The notes below the pieces were generated by a model. The model had not been told where the DNA came from, did no database searches, and saw nothing but the letters and a program-made list of their open reading frames with translations. Positions 1 to 12,472 of a DNA stretch of 64,000 bases are shown piece by piece. The stretch comes from the human T2T-CHM13v2.0 reference genome, Homo sapiens, in the NCBI RefSeq assembly GCF_009914755.1, contig NC_060930.1; one strand, written 5' to 3'. The first letter of the stretch is position 1. Each line of letters begins with the position of its first letter. The position numbers and the translations under genes are program-made.

Positions 1-49
1 AAGAAAAAGTTCTTTTACTTCCACTAAAAAAGAAAAATTGACTTTAAAG

Positions 50-210
50 TAGGAGATAGTTGTTATCAACCCTATTTACATATGAAGAAACCAAGGTTTG
101 AAGATGTTTCTATGTGTGCATGTGTGTCTCAAGATTCTCAACTAATTGATAGGAGAAAACAGAGTTAAAATACAAGTTGGTCTAATTCAGAAACCCAAAT
201 TATTTCTGTG
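50..210 (-). mobile_element. MIR SINE fragment
   Basis: TTATCAACCCTATTTACATATGAAGAAACCAAGG resembles the reverse-complemented MIR core (ATTATCCCCATTTTACAGATGAGGAAACTGAGG). Confidence 0.55.
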
Positions 211-948
211 ACACCAACCTTTACATGAGAGAAGATAAACAGATATGAGAGTCAATACAGTCCCATTCTTGCAGATAATATACAAAATAAAAGAAAATCA
301 ATAGTTGATTTGCAGAATTATAGCTCTTCCCACTCATACAATTACCAGAGAGAAAGAGAGAGAGAAATGCAGTTTTTATCCATATTAAAACACACACATA
401 CACACACTCAAAACCGGCAAAATTTCATGATCAGTTCATTGCAAAGTGTGATTCTCCTAGGATGCCGTCAGCTTTCTTTGATTTTCTTTACATTTTGAGG
501 CTCTATCACTGGTAAAAAGTGAGCTAATTGTGTCAAATGGTGGTTTATTAAAAGAAGTTATTGTTAATTCAGTGCCATAGAGAAATCAATGGATTTCACA
601 CATTGCCAAAGCTCCTGTATCAGTTGATGTGCCACCTTTTCATTTATGTAAAAATTTAACTTCACAAAAATTATCATGGAAATATTAAGTTTTCTTTCAT
701 AAATTGCTGTAGATAGTTTTCATGAAATCTCTTCATCTAAACTTACTAAAAAAAAAATTTTGGTCCTCTACAGGTATGGACAGAATAAAACCCACGATTT
801 ATATGGTTCACATATTAGCCAAAGCAAGAGGTATGTTTGCAACCTAAGCTACTTATAAAAACAAACAAAGCTGCTTAGTTTTTCCTCTTATTTGCATATG
901 CATTTATTTTTATATAGTTTTTGGTATTAAGAGGCCACAAACCCTTTA

Positions 949-1363
<415 letters not shown>

Positions 1364-1399
1364 CTATGGCTTATTGATTGATTGATTGACTATTTTGCA

Positions 1400-1595
1400 C
1401 ACAAGGTTTCAGGCACAGTACATTCACCATATGACCTCCTAACCTCCAGACAGCCTCCAGGGGAAATATTATTATCACTATTTTACAGATGAGGAAACTG
1501 AAGCTAACAAAGATTGAAGCACTTGTCTAAGCTCCTTCTTTAATATTTGTCAGAGCTGAGATTCAAACCCAACAATAACCACAAAGCTCTTGCGA
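1400..1595 (-). mobile_element. MIR SINE
   Basis: ATTATCACTATTTTACAGATGAGGAAACTGAAG core, then GTCAGAGCTGAGATTCAAACCCA. Confidence 0.85.
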
Positions 1596-4500
1596 TGTCC
1601 AGCTTCATTTAATATTGTAAAGGATAGTTTCAAATTTCAAGCTAATAGTTTGATAAGTGATAGGTAACCAACTCGCCTTTACAGGTTGCACAGCTAACTC
1701 TTGTCTTTCTTCTTGGCAAGTTATAGAGCTTTGGAATACAATTTTAATGCTTTAAAGATCTCCGTGAAGCCGGTTAAACACATCAGTCAAGGAAGTGTTT
1801 AAGTTACACACATATCAGCGTACACCGCTATATGGGGCGGAATTTGACACTTCGGCCTTGCTCTTATTCAAAATACAAAGCTATTTTTCTCAAGAAACGC
1901 AAAACGAAATAAAACAGACCACTTTTTTCTCATGTCTACAGACCACTTCATGTGTATATGATTTGACTGTTCAATATGGCAAACATATGATAATTTATTC
2001 AATTATAATAATATACCAACTTTGTTATCTATGTGTCTGGTGGCATGATTAACGACCTAGTGTATCTGAATTATCTACCAATTAACTTTCATTAGAAGCT
2101 CAGAGGAGACGCTGATATTCCCACAATATATTCTGAAAGTATTATTTATTCAGTTTAGATATTGTTTAAGCATAAGCTTGTATTAGGCCATGTTGCAGAA
2201 ACATGCAGATCTGTGTCTTCTCTTTCTTCCAACCTCTCCTTTCTCTCTTCATTTTCCAACTTTACTTCCCACGTTGCCTTTATAGAACTACAATTTTTAA
2301 TGTGCTTGGCTTCAGTGTCAGAGCAATATGAGGAATAGCCATGTGGAACGTATCTATATTGCTTGTAAAATTGCTATGGGGGACATTATGGAGCTCCCTG
2401 TCCCTTACATAAAGATCATTTTGACAAATTCTTCTTCGAACTCAGGGATAGGAAAGTTTATCTTTGTTGATGAACTGGTGTGCTTTCTGTTCATAGAAAA
2501 TGATGGCTCTGTAATCCATCATGTTGTCTCTGCTTCGGCTGTTAGGAAATGATGAACTAGAACTTGGCCCAATCACAGCAATGTTCCTCAGGTAGGATTT
2601 CCTGTGTATGTTCATTCACTGGTTTTTCCTTTTAGAATTTATTTTTATTCATTATTTTGTTGTAACAGTTGCTATATTTATGCATTTTACAAATATGTCA
2701 CTGCTTATCCTTTTTGGGATTAGGTTAGGGTACAAATGACTTAACAGAAGTATATGTGTTCGTAGTTGTGTTTGTACACGAGGCAGGGGAAAGAGAGAGA
2801 CGTACATTTTTCTAAGATTCACGAAGTCTATTTTATTGCTTTTCACCATATCATCTTCATCAAATTATTCAGACTCCATGGTGAGCATAACATTGTGCTA
2901 GATATATGCAGAAGAAAATAGAACAAAAACTGAGTTTGTGAGGTGAAAGGCCATGAGAACACATTTCCTCTCAAAACTGCACAAATTCTGCTTAAAAATT
3001 CAAGGCTTTTTACTAGCTATATGAGAAAGTGACTGAAAGGGTCTACCAGCCTGTTACTCTGTATTAGATCTCATTTTTCTAAGTGTACCTTCAGTTAAAG
3101 CAAGATTTATTTATTTTCATTTCTCTTTCTTTCAAAAAGGATTTGGGACAGTTATCATAATATGAACTAAATAGGAACTAAATATATGTAATTAAATTAC
3201 AATAAAGTTCATGTTAACATGGATAGGGCTAAAAGTTTAATGGATCTTTAACTTATCAGTGTTACTACTTTTAATGCTGTGTGCTTTTACTTACAAAAGG
3301 AAACCACCTCCACTAATTTAATGCAAACATTTGCTTATAGATGTTTGTTACTGTTTTAGTTGAAAATATTTTTTCTTTTTGTAAATGTGGCATATAATTT
3401 TTGCTTAGTGGCTTCACAATACAATCTCTTAAAGTGTTGCCTAAGAATCTGAAATAGTTTCTAAAAGGGGGCGACTCCAAAGAGCCAACAGGGTCGGGCA
3501 GGGTAATGCTCAAATTAACAGACATGATTGGGAGATTCAGGCTCCTTATTTATACCATTTTATGATTAACTGAGGGTCAACTCCGCTGTGAAATGAGGTC
3601 CTACAAGGGAGGAGGGGCTGGCTTTTGAGGAATGCACTTTCACTTGTGTGCAGTGTCATTAAACACAGTGAAGTTTCAACAGTGAAGTCTGCCTCTCTCC
3701 CATTTCTCTTCACAGCACACCTCTCTTCCTACCTTTTGTTTAATCTAGCCAATATCCTCTCTCACTACCTTGAACTTTACAGCTAATGATGAGTAAGTGG
3801 TATGAACAATAGCAGCTGATATAGATTTAAAGGACTACTTTTAGGAGAAGGTTGCATTTGAATAGGAAAACACATCTACGTAGATGTAGGTGAACACCTT
3901 GCAAGACTCAATGGAATAATCTCTCATGGTTGATATTTGGTCTTCATGGTAGGCTGAAGGCTGATGCTGGAATGGGAGAGATGTCTATGATGGACTCATC
4001 AAAATTACGCTACAGAAATATCCAGACCTACTGTCAGTCTGTCATTCTTGAAATATAAATTTTTACGAACATTTAATCTAGTAGTAGGAAATAATTAACA
4101 TTAGAGACAATATATTTTGGAAAAAAAGTGATAAAATACATAACATCAGTTTTGATAATTAGTGTACTCCCACAAAACACTGAGTATTTTTCTTTAAAAA
4201 ATATTTCATAACCAGGGTCACCAATTAAAATTTTCCAAAATCGCATGTTTCCTCTCTCCTTATATTTGTAAGTTCTATACCACCTTCCTCATTTTTTTTT
4301 AACAAGTTGGCAAGCATATTGTTTCCTCCTGGTGTTGGAATAAATAACTAAAAGCATTTTAAAAACTCATCCATCAATTATCGCTTTTTTTCTTTAGAAA
4401 ACTATTAACCTTTTTTTTCATTGATTTTACTGCCTCACAGTCAAATCAACTTACCTATACTTGTTTTTCACGGTTCAGTGTGCAGGAATGAGCAATGATT

Positions 4501-4994
4501 TCCTTCATCAACCATCCACCTAAAAATTGTTTTGCTTATTAGTCAGTATAAATTGTTTTCCTACCAAAACATAACATATCAGCATGGAAAGATTTATTGC
4601 CCAATTTCACTCTACTAGTTTTTCCCTTGTCCAATACAGAAGCCTAAAAATACTGGTGTCTGATGTGCTGTAGAAGGAGAATAGACTCTGTTACCACAGA
4701 GGTCTAGGTTCTCTTCTATTTGGCAGCGTCCTTCCTCTGTGGCCTTATCTCCTGTTTGTCCCCCTGACATGAATTCTATCTAGCTCATCTGGATCCCTTC
4801 CTCAGTATGCTCTTTAAGTTTGGACTACCTTTCATAAACATACTTCTTCAATTACCGTCTCCTAAATCCTATCCTCAATCTATTTCGCGGAAGTGAACTT
4901 TTTCTGATTGCTCTTCTATAAGTGGTTGAGACTAAAGGTCTCAACTACTTATATAACTTCTACCACTCAAGGCGTGTTGGTAGAGTTTTGCATA

Positions 4995-5726
4995 TGTTGG
5001 GGCTCAGAAAACAATACCTCAGAATATGACATGTTGGCATGTTGAGTGCTTTGAACAAAGGAGATTGAAAGGCCTCAGTAATAAGCCTTAGCACCAATGT
5101 CTCTCTCTGACTTCCCTTCCCTAGTGCAGGGAGGTGTTCTTTCTGAAGTTCCTTTATCTGACTGAGGGAAGTTCTTTCAAAAGGAATGCAGTCGTCTTAA
5201 ACTCCCTACCTAGGAATATCATCAAATAACCAGGGAAGATTAATTACTGGAGAGATTAAAAAGTTATCACCATATCCAGACAGGCTATGGCCTATTCTTC
5301 TGGAGGCTGCTCTGAAAAAAAATTTTTTTAACCTTAGAGACTTTATCTGCATCCTAAGACAACCTTTGTTTGCAGTGCAGCTCTGCTCCTCATCTTCCCA
5401 TAACTTGTCACCACCTCCCCCAAGCCCTGAGGAACTTTGTCCCAGGATACTACTCTGTGTTGCTCAGACCCATTCACTTTTCTCTAAAAATTATTTATTC
5501 TTTCTTTAAAATTGCCTACATTCTCCACTTTTTGCTCCCCTATGAAGAAGGTATTCAAACTTCAACCATTAGGCTCTTTCTTGAGCTTCATATTTTGTGT
5601 GGCTGCCATGTACATGTGCACATTAATAAACTTGTTTGCCTTTTCTCCTGTTAATCTGTTTATTGTCTGTTTATTTCAGCGACTCAATTACCTAACCTCC
5701 AGCGGGAAAGTTTAAACCTTCCTACA
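4995..5726 (+). mobile_element. ERV1-class solo LTR (MER34/MER39-like)
   Basis: TG...CA termini (TGTTGGGGCTCAGAAAACAATACC ... CCTTCCTACA), 4-bp TSD CATA (4991-4994 / 5727-5730), AATAAA near 5625. Subfamily from memory. Confidence 0.85.
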
Positions 5727-5769
5727 CATACTTGTATAAGTATACAAGTTAATTTTCTATTCTACCACT

Positions 5770-6100
5770 ACTGTTGAGTAGCTACCATACAGCAGATACT
5801 ATATGATAAACAGGGGATATTAAGAAGAGTAAGATACAATTCCTGACCTTAAAAGCTTACAGTTAAGAGGTAATGACACACATTTTAACAAATAATTAGC
5901 ATACACTGTTATCAAAACAAAATAAGAGAGAGATCCCCAAAGTATTAATGAGATACAGAAGAGTATCATGGTTATCATAGGTTATCTTTATCAAGATGAC
6001 GATGTCTAAGTGGGCCTTGAGGAATAAATTGTGAGGGGAAGGGGCATTAGTAACAAAGGAAATAGGTTTTACAGAAGAAGAAAGAGCATGGAATATTCTT
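5770..6100 (-). mobile_element. L2 LINE fragment
   Basis: GGGGATATTAAGAAGAGTAAGATACAATTCCTGACCTTAAAAGCTTACAGT and GGGCCTTGAGGAATAAAT...GAAGGGGCATT resemble the antisense L2 3' region. Confidence 0.6.
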
Positions 6101-6106
6101 TGACAG

Positions 6107-6405
6107 AGATCAACAATCTCTTATTCACACTCTCAAATCTAAAAAGTTTCAAAAACTAAAAATTTTTTTCTTAACTCATTTGGTGTTAATATTGATCTCA
6201 TCTTATCTCAGAAAACCTCAACTGAACTGACATGAAATTAGTAATTTTAGGTTTTACTTTAGCCATATTGATGTATTCGATATGGTGCTGCCCCAGATTT
6301 CTGATAAATTATCTAAGTTGTACACCAAGTTACTGTCTAAAATCTGAAAAATTCTGAATTCTGTAACACGTCTGTCTCTAGCACCATTGGATTCGGGATT
6401 GTGGG
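6107..6405. mobile_element. TcMar-Tigger non-autonomous DNA transposon (MER46/Tigger12-like)
   Basis: Degenerate terminal inverted repeats (TIRs) ACAATCTCTTATTC ... GGATTCGGGATTGT; internal AAAATCTGAAAAATTCTGAATTC. Confidence 0.6.
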
Positions 6406-6408
6406 AAA

Positions 6409-6582
6409 GGTGGTGGGTGCCTGTAATCTCAGCTACTCGGGAGGCTGAGGCAGGAGAATCTCTTGAACTCAGGAGGCAGTTTGCAGTGAGCCGAGATCGT
6501 GCCATTGCATCCAGCCTGGGAGACAAGAGTGAAACTGTCTCACAAAACAATCAACAAACAACAACAACAACAACAACAAAAA
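6409..6582 (+). mobile_element. Alu right monomer only (AluSq/Sp-like) with (CAA)n tail
   Basis: GGTGGTGGGTGCCTGTAATCTCAGCTACTCGGGAGG ... GCCATTGCA ... ACAAGAGTGAAACT; no left arm. Confidence 0.9.
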
Positions 6583-7114
6583 TTCTAAAGGCTGTTAAGA
6601 TGGAATAAAACAGATAAAACTGGAAAAATAATTTTGGGCCAGACTGTATAGAATATTTTATTCCAAGGCTAGTCAGTTTGGACTTGAACCTACAAACATG
6701 AGCAAAAGTGTGCATAAGAGACCTAGCTGAACATGATTTTCAAGGCCTGTGTCTTATACTCTTATTTTAGACTTCAGCAAGAGTGTCATATCCTTTCTAG
6801 CACTTTCTCTACCTTCATAGATAGAATAGGTCACTTGCCTCTATTTCTTCATGGCTTTATTCAGAGAATCATTGTAATGCAACATGTTGTGTTATTCAGC
6901 ATATGTAGTTTGTTTCTGTATTTAATTAGGACATAAACTATATCAAGAGACCATTTATTACAATTCATTCAGCAGCTCTGGTTTATTTATTTATTTTTTT
7001 TATATTATTTTATTTGTTGATTGGCTTGCTTCTATCTCTCCTTGTTCCAAAATGATTTAAGACAGCTGGAACCATCTCTCAATCACTTCATATTGAATTC
7101 ACTAATTAAAATAA

Positions 7115-7352
7115 AATACTATATTTAGAGTGCTCTAAGTGCCAGGATCTGTTCTAAGTGCTTTACAAAAATGACAAAAGAATACCTCGTAATCCTCAAA
7201 ACAATTCTATAAGATAGACACTGTTATCATAACCATTTGTCATTTGAGGAAACGGATGCTCAGAGAGGTCAATTAATTTACTTCAGGCTGTAGAGCTAGT
7301 AACTCTCATAGCCATAGCATTTCATCTTACCCTGTAAGCCACACTGCCTCCT
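7115..7352 (-). mobile_element. MIR SINE
   Basis: GTGCCAGGATCTGTTCTAAGTGCTTTAC ... TTTGAGGAAACGGATGCTCAGAGAGGT. Confidence 0.8.
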
Positions 7353-7522
7353 GATGAACGAACTCTGCATCCCATGCATTGCCCAGCAAAGTGTCTTGCA
7401 TAAAATACATTATCAAGGAATATTTGTTAATACGCGAGATAAATTTGATGTTTTAAGATGATAATTTGCCTGAATTTGTGAAAGTTACCTCCTTCCTTCA
7501 GTGCCTTCAGTGACTCAATTCT

Positions 7523-7791
7523 TTTTTTTTTGCTTTTGTTTTTGTTTTGAGATGGAGTCTCACTCTGTGGCCCAGGCTGGAGTGCAGTGGTGCCATCTAG
7601 GCTCACTACAAGCTCCGCTTCCCAGGTTCACGCCATTCTCCTGCCTCAGCCTCCTGAGCAGCTGGGACTACAGGCACCTGCCGCCATGTCCGGCTAATTT
7701 TTTCTATTTTTTAGTAGAGACGGGGTTTCACCATGTTAGCCAGGATGGTCTTGATCTCCTGACCTTGTGATCCGCCCGCCTCAGCCTCCCA
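7523..7791 (-). mobile_element. AluY-like, 5'-truncated by about 40 nt
   Basis: Poly-T then GAGATGGAGTCTCAC; GTTCACGCCATTCTCC; ends at TCAGCCTCCCA; 17-bp TSD TTCAGTGACTCAATTCT (7506-7522 / 7792-7808). Confidence 0.95.
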
Positions 7792-8311
7792 TTCAGTGAC
7801 TCAATTCTAAGAGCCACATTTGGCGGACGTTCATTGACATGGTGGGAGCATAGCATGCAGGTGAATTCTGTGTTATCTATAAATGAACTTGAATTTTTTA
7901 AAATACACAAGTAAGACATGTTTATTGTAAAAATGGAAACAAAAACACAGAAAAAAAAAAAGAAAGTCCTTTTTAATTTCTTTCCTTGATTTTATTCCCC
8001 AGAGTCATTTGGCCACCGAGGAAATCTGCACTGACATTTGGCATTGAAATACACCTGGATTCACATATACATATATAACATAATTTTACACATATGTATA
8101 GAAAACTGTTGATTTAGTTGTCTATAGTCATTTGTCCAGTGGATTCAATAAAACTTATTTATATATCAAAATTATGACACCGTTACTGTTACAAATTTTA
8201 GTGATCCCCTAGCAAGAAACACTTGGGGTTTTTTTTCCATTGACAAAAATGGAATGTCTACATAATTCCTGCATTTTTTTAAACATCATTCATGATTTTG
8301 GTGTTTTGTGA

Positions 8312-8657
<346 letters not shown>

Positions 8658-8830
8658 CATACTTTTTAATTATCTACAAGAAAAGGTGAAGAAAGTACTT
8701 AATTAAATTTACAGGTGATGCTAAATTGAGAGACGTTGAGAACATCCGTGAGGGCTGATATTCAAAGAAGTTAGAAATATGTAAAAGAAACAGCAAAACA
8801 ATATTTAGATTGCCAAAAATTTAATTGAAT
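8658..8830 (+). mobile_element. L3/CR1 LINE reverse-transcriptase remnant
   Basis: AAATTTACAGGTGATGCTAAATTGAGA translates KFTGDAKLR, like CR1 KFADDTKLG, followed by ATTCAAAGAAGTTAG (IQ.DL-like). Confidence 0.5.
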
Positions 8831-9120
8831 GTGTTAAAGGCTTATTAATCAGCCCACCAATTACTTATAAGAAGTAGAAGAAATAGTGACTTGTGCTTTT
8901 ATAGTGAGATATGACTGCAAAACTAAGATCACACCCAAACTAAACAATCTTTACTCCTATATATGCCAGTATGCCTTGTGACTCTCTTAGAATAATTAAT
9001 TTTATAAGTTAAATACTGTTCTTTTAAGGTCATTCTAAGTTCTTTCATTCTGGAGAAAAACCTAGAAGGAAATGAATACTTACTGTAAACCTACCATCAA
9101 TAGGCATTTCATTTACATAG

Positions 9121-9484
<364 letters not shown>

Positions 9485-12154
9485 GTCTGTTGTTCTTTTT
9501 TGTTTCAGCTTATATCTGAATTTGACAATTTATTTTCTGATATTTGATATGAAATTTTCTCCTAAAATCAAACTTTCATGTAAATTCATATTAAAATATC
9601 TATATAAATTTAAGTAGGCAAAAAACTGGACACAATTTTATTTTAATTAAACTTTTAAAATTAAAATGCAATGCTACACTAGCTACCACTCATAAGCTAA
9701 TGAGTGATTTTTAAATTAGTCTAATTATTCAGAGACAGCCATGGAGTGTTGTGCTGCTGAACTACAGTAATAATGACATGTGTCCATAGTTTGTTGTTGT
9801 GTCCATGGCAGGCATTTGTGAAATATCTATTCATCAGGCAATACTTAGTGAGAATGTGTTTAGCCATTATAAAAAGGTATATGCAAATGAGCGTCCCATG
9901 AGACTTTGCAACAAACATTTAATTAGCTATACAAAGAAACAGTTAAATATACAAACACATTACAGAAAATTGGCTAGCGTGTATTGTTAATTTGTGCACA
10001 TAATTCCTAAATAGCACTGTTTAATAACATTTGTCTTTATCATATGCCTATTAATAGACATGTGTAATTTTACTTGAAAATTAATTTTGTTGTGTTTCTT
10101 CTATCTTCTCTTAATAAAAAATCATAAATATATTGAGTAACATAATTTGGATATTTTTAGCATTGCATTTTTAATTAAGGAGAGTAAAATGTCAAAACTG
10201 AAGTATGGATTTATTAAGTTGATACAAAAAAGAGAAATTCATAGAGTAGTGTACATTACAGAGGTAGGCGTCAAACATTATTTACCATTGTATACAACAC
10301 ATAATACTAATCTATAGTTTTAAAATTGGTATATTTATTCTAAAATACTTGTGTTAAAGTTTGTAGTTTCTTCATTTGTCCCTAAACTAGACACACAATT
10401 CTTTATTTTAAATAAAAACTCATTAATGACATTTGTAGTTTGAGCTCCCGAATGTCAAGAAAATTCTTCTTTGTGAATCTAGATCTTTAATAAATACTTG
10501 CTTTATATTTTCTTGCTTTAAATCATAAAGATATTCTATAGGAATATATTCAGATTAACATTTAAATTTTTCTTTTGTGTCATCCTCACACATTTTTTAT
10601 ATGCTTTTTAAAAATCTACTTAAACTTTCATCATGACATTCTGTTTCTTATTCACATAATGAATGACATGAAGAGTTAACAAGGCATTACTGTGTATCTC
10701 ATAACGTGATAATAGGATGCTTAAAAACACATTCAGAATAATCTTTTTTAAAGAATTTAAAGAGTAATCACAAGTTATAACAAGGACAGTAGTTCACAAT
10801 TTCAAGCAAGTCTTCTCAATTTGAGTATTAACTCCCAGCTCAGTGGGAATCAGAAATACCTAGTTTTTAAAAAAATTAAACAAGAGTCATTTTATTTTTA
10901 GATAATCAAGAGGAGTTACTAGGTGTAGCAGCTGACCAGCCAGCTTTTCCAACACTATTTGCATCTCTGAAGCCCCCAAGGACAGAAAAGAGTCTTTTAA
11001 TTGGTGAATCAACTTTAGTAGAAACATGCATCTAGGAAATGAGGCCTACACTGTTGTCTTCACACCAGGCAAACCAGCTCCTGTTGTCATGGTGATCTTC
11101 TATAGCATGCTAGAGCCAGTGATGTGGAAAACAAGATGGCTTCCCCATTTATTTAGCCTTAAAGAAAGTTGCAGGTATTAGCACATGATTATTGAATTTA
11201 AAGTATTTTTAATACATCTATTAAGATATTAAAAAATTTACTTGGGATAAAATTTAGCTGTCTCCCAAACTTCTAAAATTATCTGTGAGCTTCAAGGTAA
11301 AGGAATTATTTTCTTTCTTTTAAATGTAAATGTCTTAAAACCCAGCTTTCCCATTGAGCTATGCTTCAAGGAGCAGGTCAGATTTCAGTTCATGTATGAT
11401 TTCTATTTATTTTGGATTAGCATGAGGGTTATAGAATGACACATGTTATATGTAGGCTTTATTGTGTAAGAATAAGCTGCTTCAGCAATTTCATCGCTTG
11501 TAAAGGAGCTCTACATCTGAAAGAGACCCTGAGTTTTCAGATTGGAAGCCAATAAAGTAGGAAAAATGCAGAAAGGAAAGATCCTAGCGATCTAAAATTG
11601 GAAAGAAGCTTCTTGTCACTCATAGATGATTTTTCCATCTCCAGTTTAAAAATGGTATAGGCAATTTTTATTGAGTGACCTTTTAATAAACATTTGGACA
11701 CAAAACAATCTTTCCATTTTGGGCTTCTCTACTCATTCATTCATCTTTTAACAAAACGGAACTGAGACAAATCTCTAAAATATTTTGTAAGTATTACAAG
11801 AGAGAGATGGAAGGATTAAGATGCGAATGCTTTACAATTAGTTAATTAATTATTTATATGAGATTTCTTCTATGAAAACAAGCACATGGAAAGCGATGAA
11901 GACAAAATTTTCTCCTAAATTACAATATATGTTTCTAAAGTTGATAGGAACTTTGAGTGATGCTCATATTATTTTGCAGAGTGCAGGTGCACAATAGTAC
12001 ATTTGTTGTTTGCTTTTCGATTACACTTTTAGGAAAGTGACAGCTAAATTTGATTTTATATATGTAGCTACCCTTCTATTAATTCATCATTTTGATGAAT
12101 AGCTATAGCATTCAATAAAGCCATTAATATCAATGACTACTAAACTTCAGATGT

Positions 12155-12472
12155 AGCATTTTCCAAACTGTCTTTTGAGACACTTGTGTTTTGGACAATG
12201 TTAATATGTTTTCTGTCATCAAAGAGTTTTATAACCCAATTAGTTTGGAAAAAATTGCATTTTATCACCCTTTTGGTGATTCAAAATGAGTTTATGTATT
12301 AATGACACACAAAAGTTCTATAGTAAAGAGATCTGTTTAACCCACTGTTTCCAAAGGCTTTTGACCATGAATCCTCACCATCCCCCAACCCCACCACCCA
12401 GAAAACATTTAATTACATCTTGTGGCACGCTAGTGATTTTGGAAACATAACTGGGAACCGTGGTTTTAATAG
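12155..12472. mobile_element. Probable hAT-Charlie non-autonomous DNA transposon fragment
   Basis: Degenerate TIR-like ends TAGCATTTTCCAAACTG ... CTGGGAACCGTGG; internal CTGTTTCCAAA and GTTTGGAAAAA motifs. Confidence 0.4.

Noticed and set aside
755-779. AG|GT juxtapositions as recursive splice sites (CAG|GTATGG at 773; AAG|GTAGAA at 43675; CAG|GTGACT at 63285)
   Set aside because: None combines a strong pyrimidine tract with the YAG|GTRAG consensus; a few such matches are expected by chance in 64 kb.
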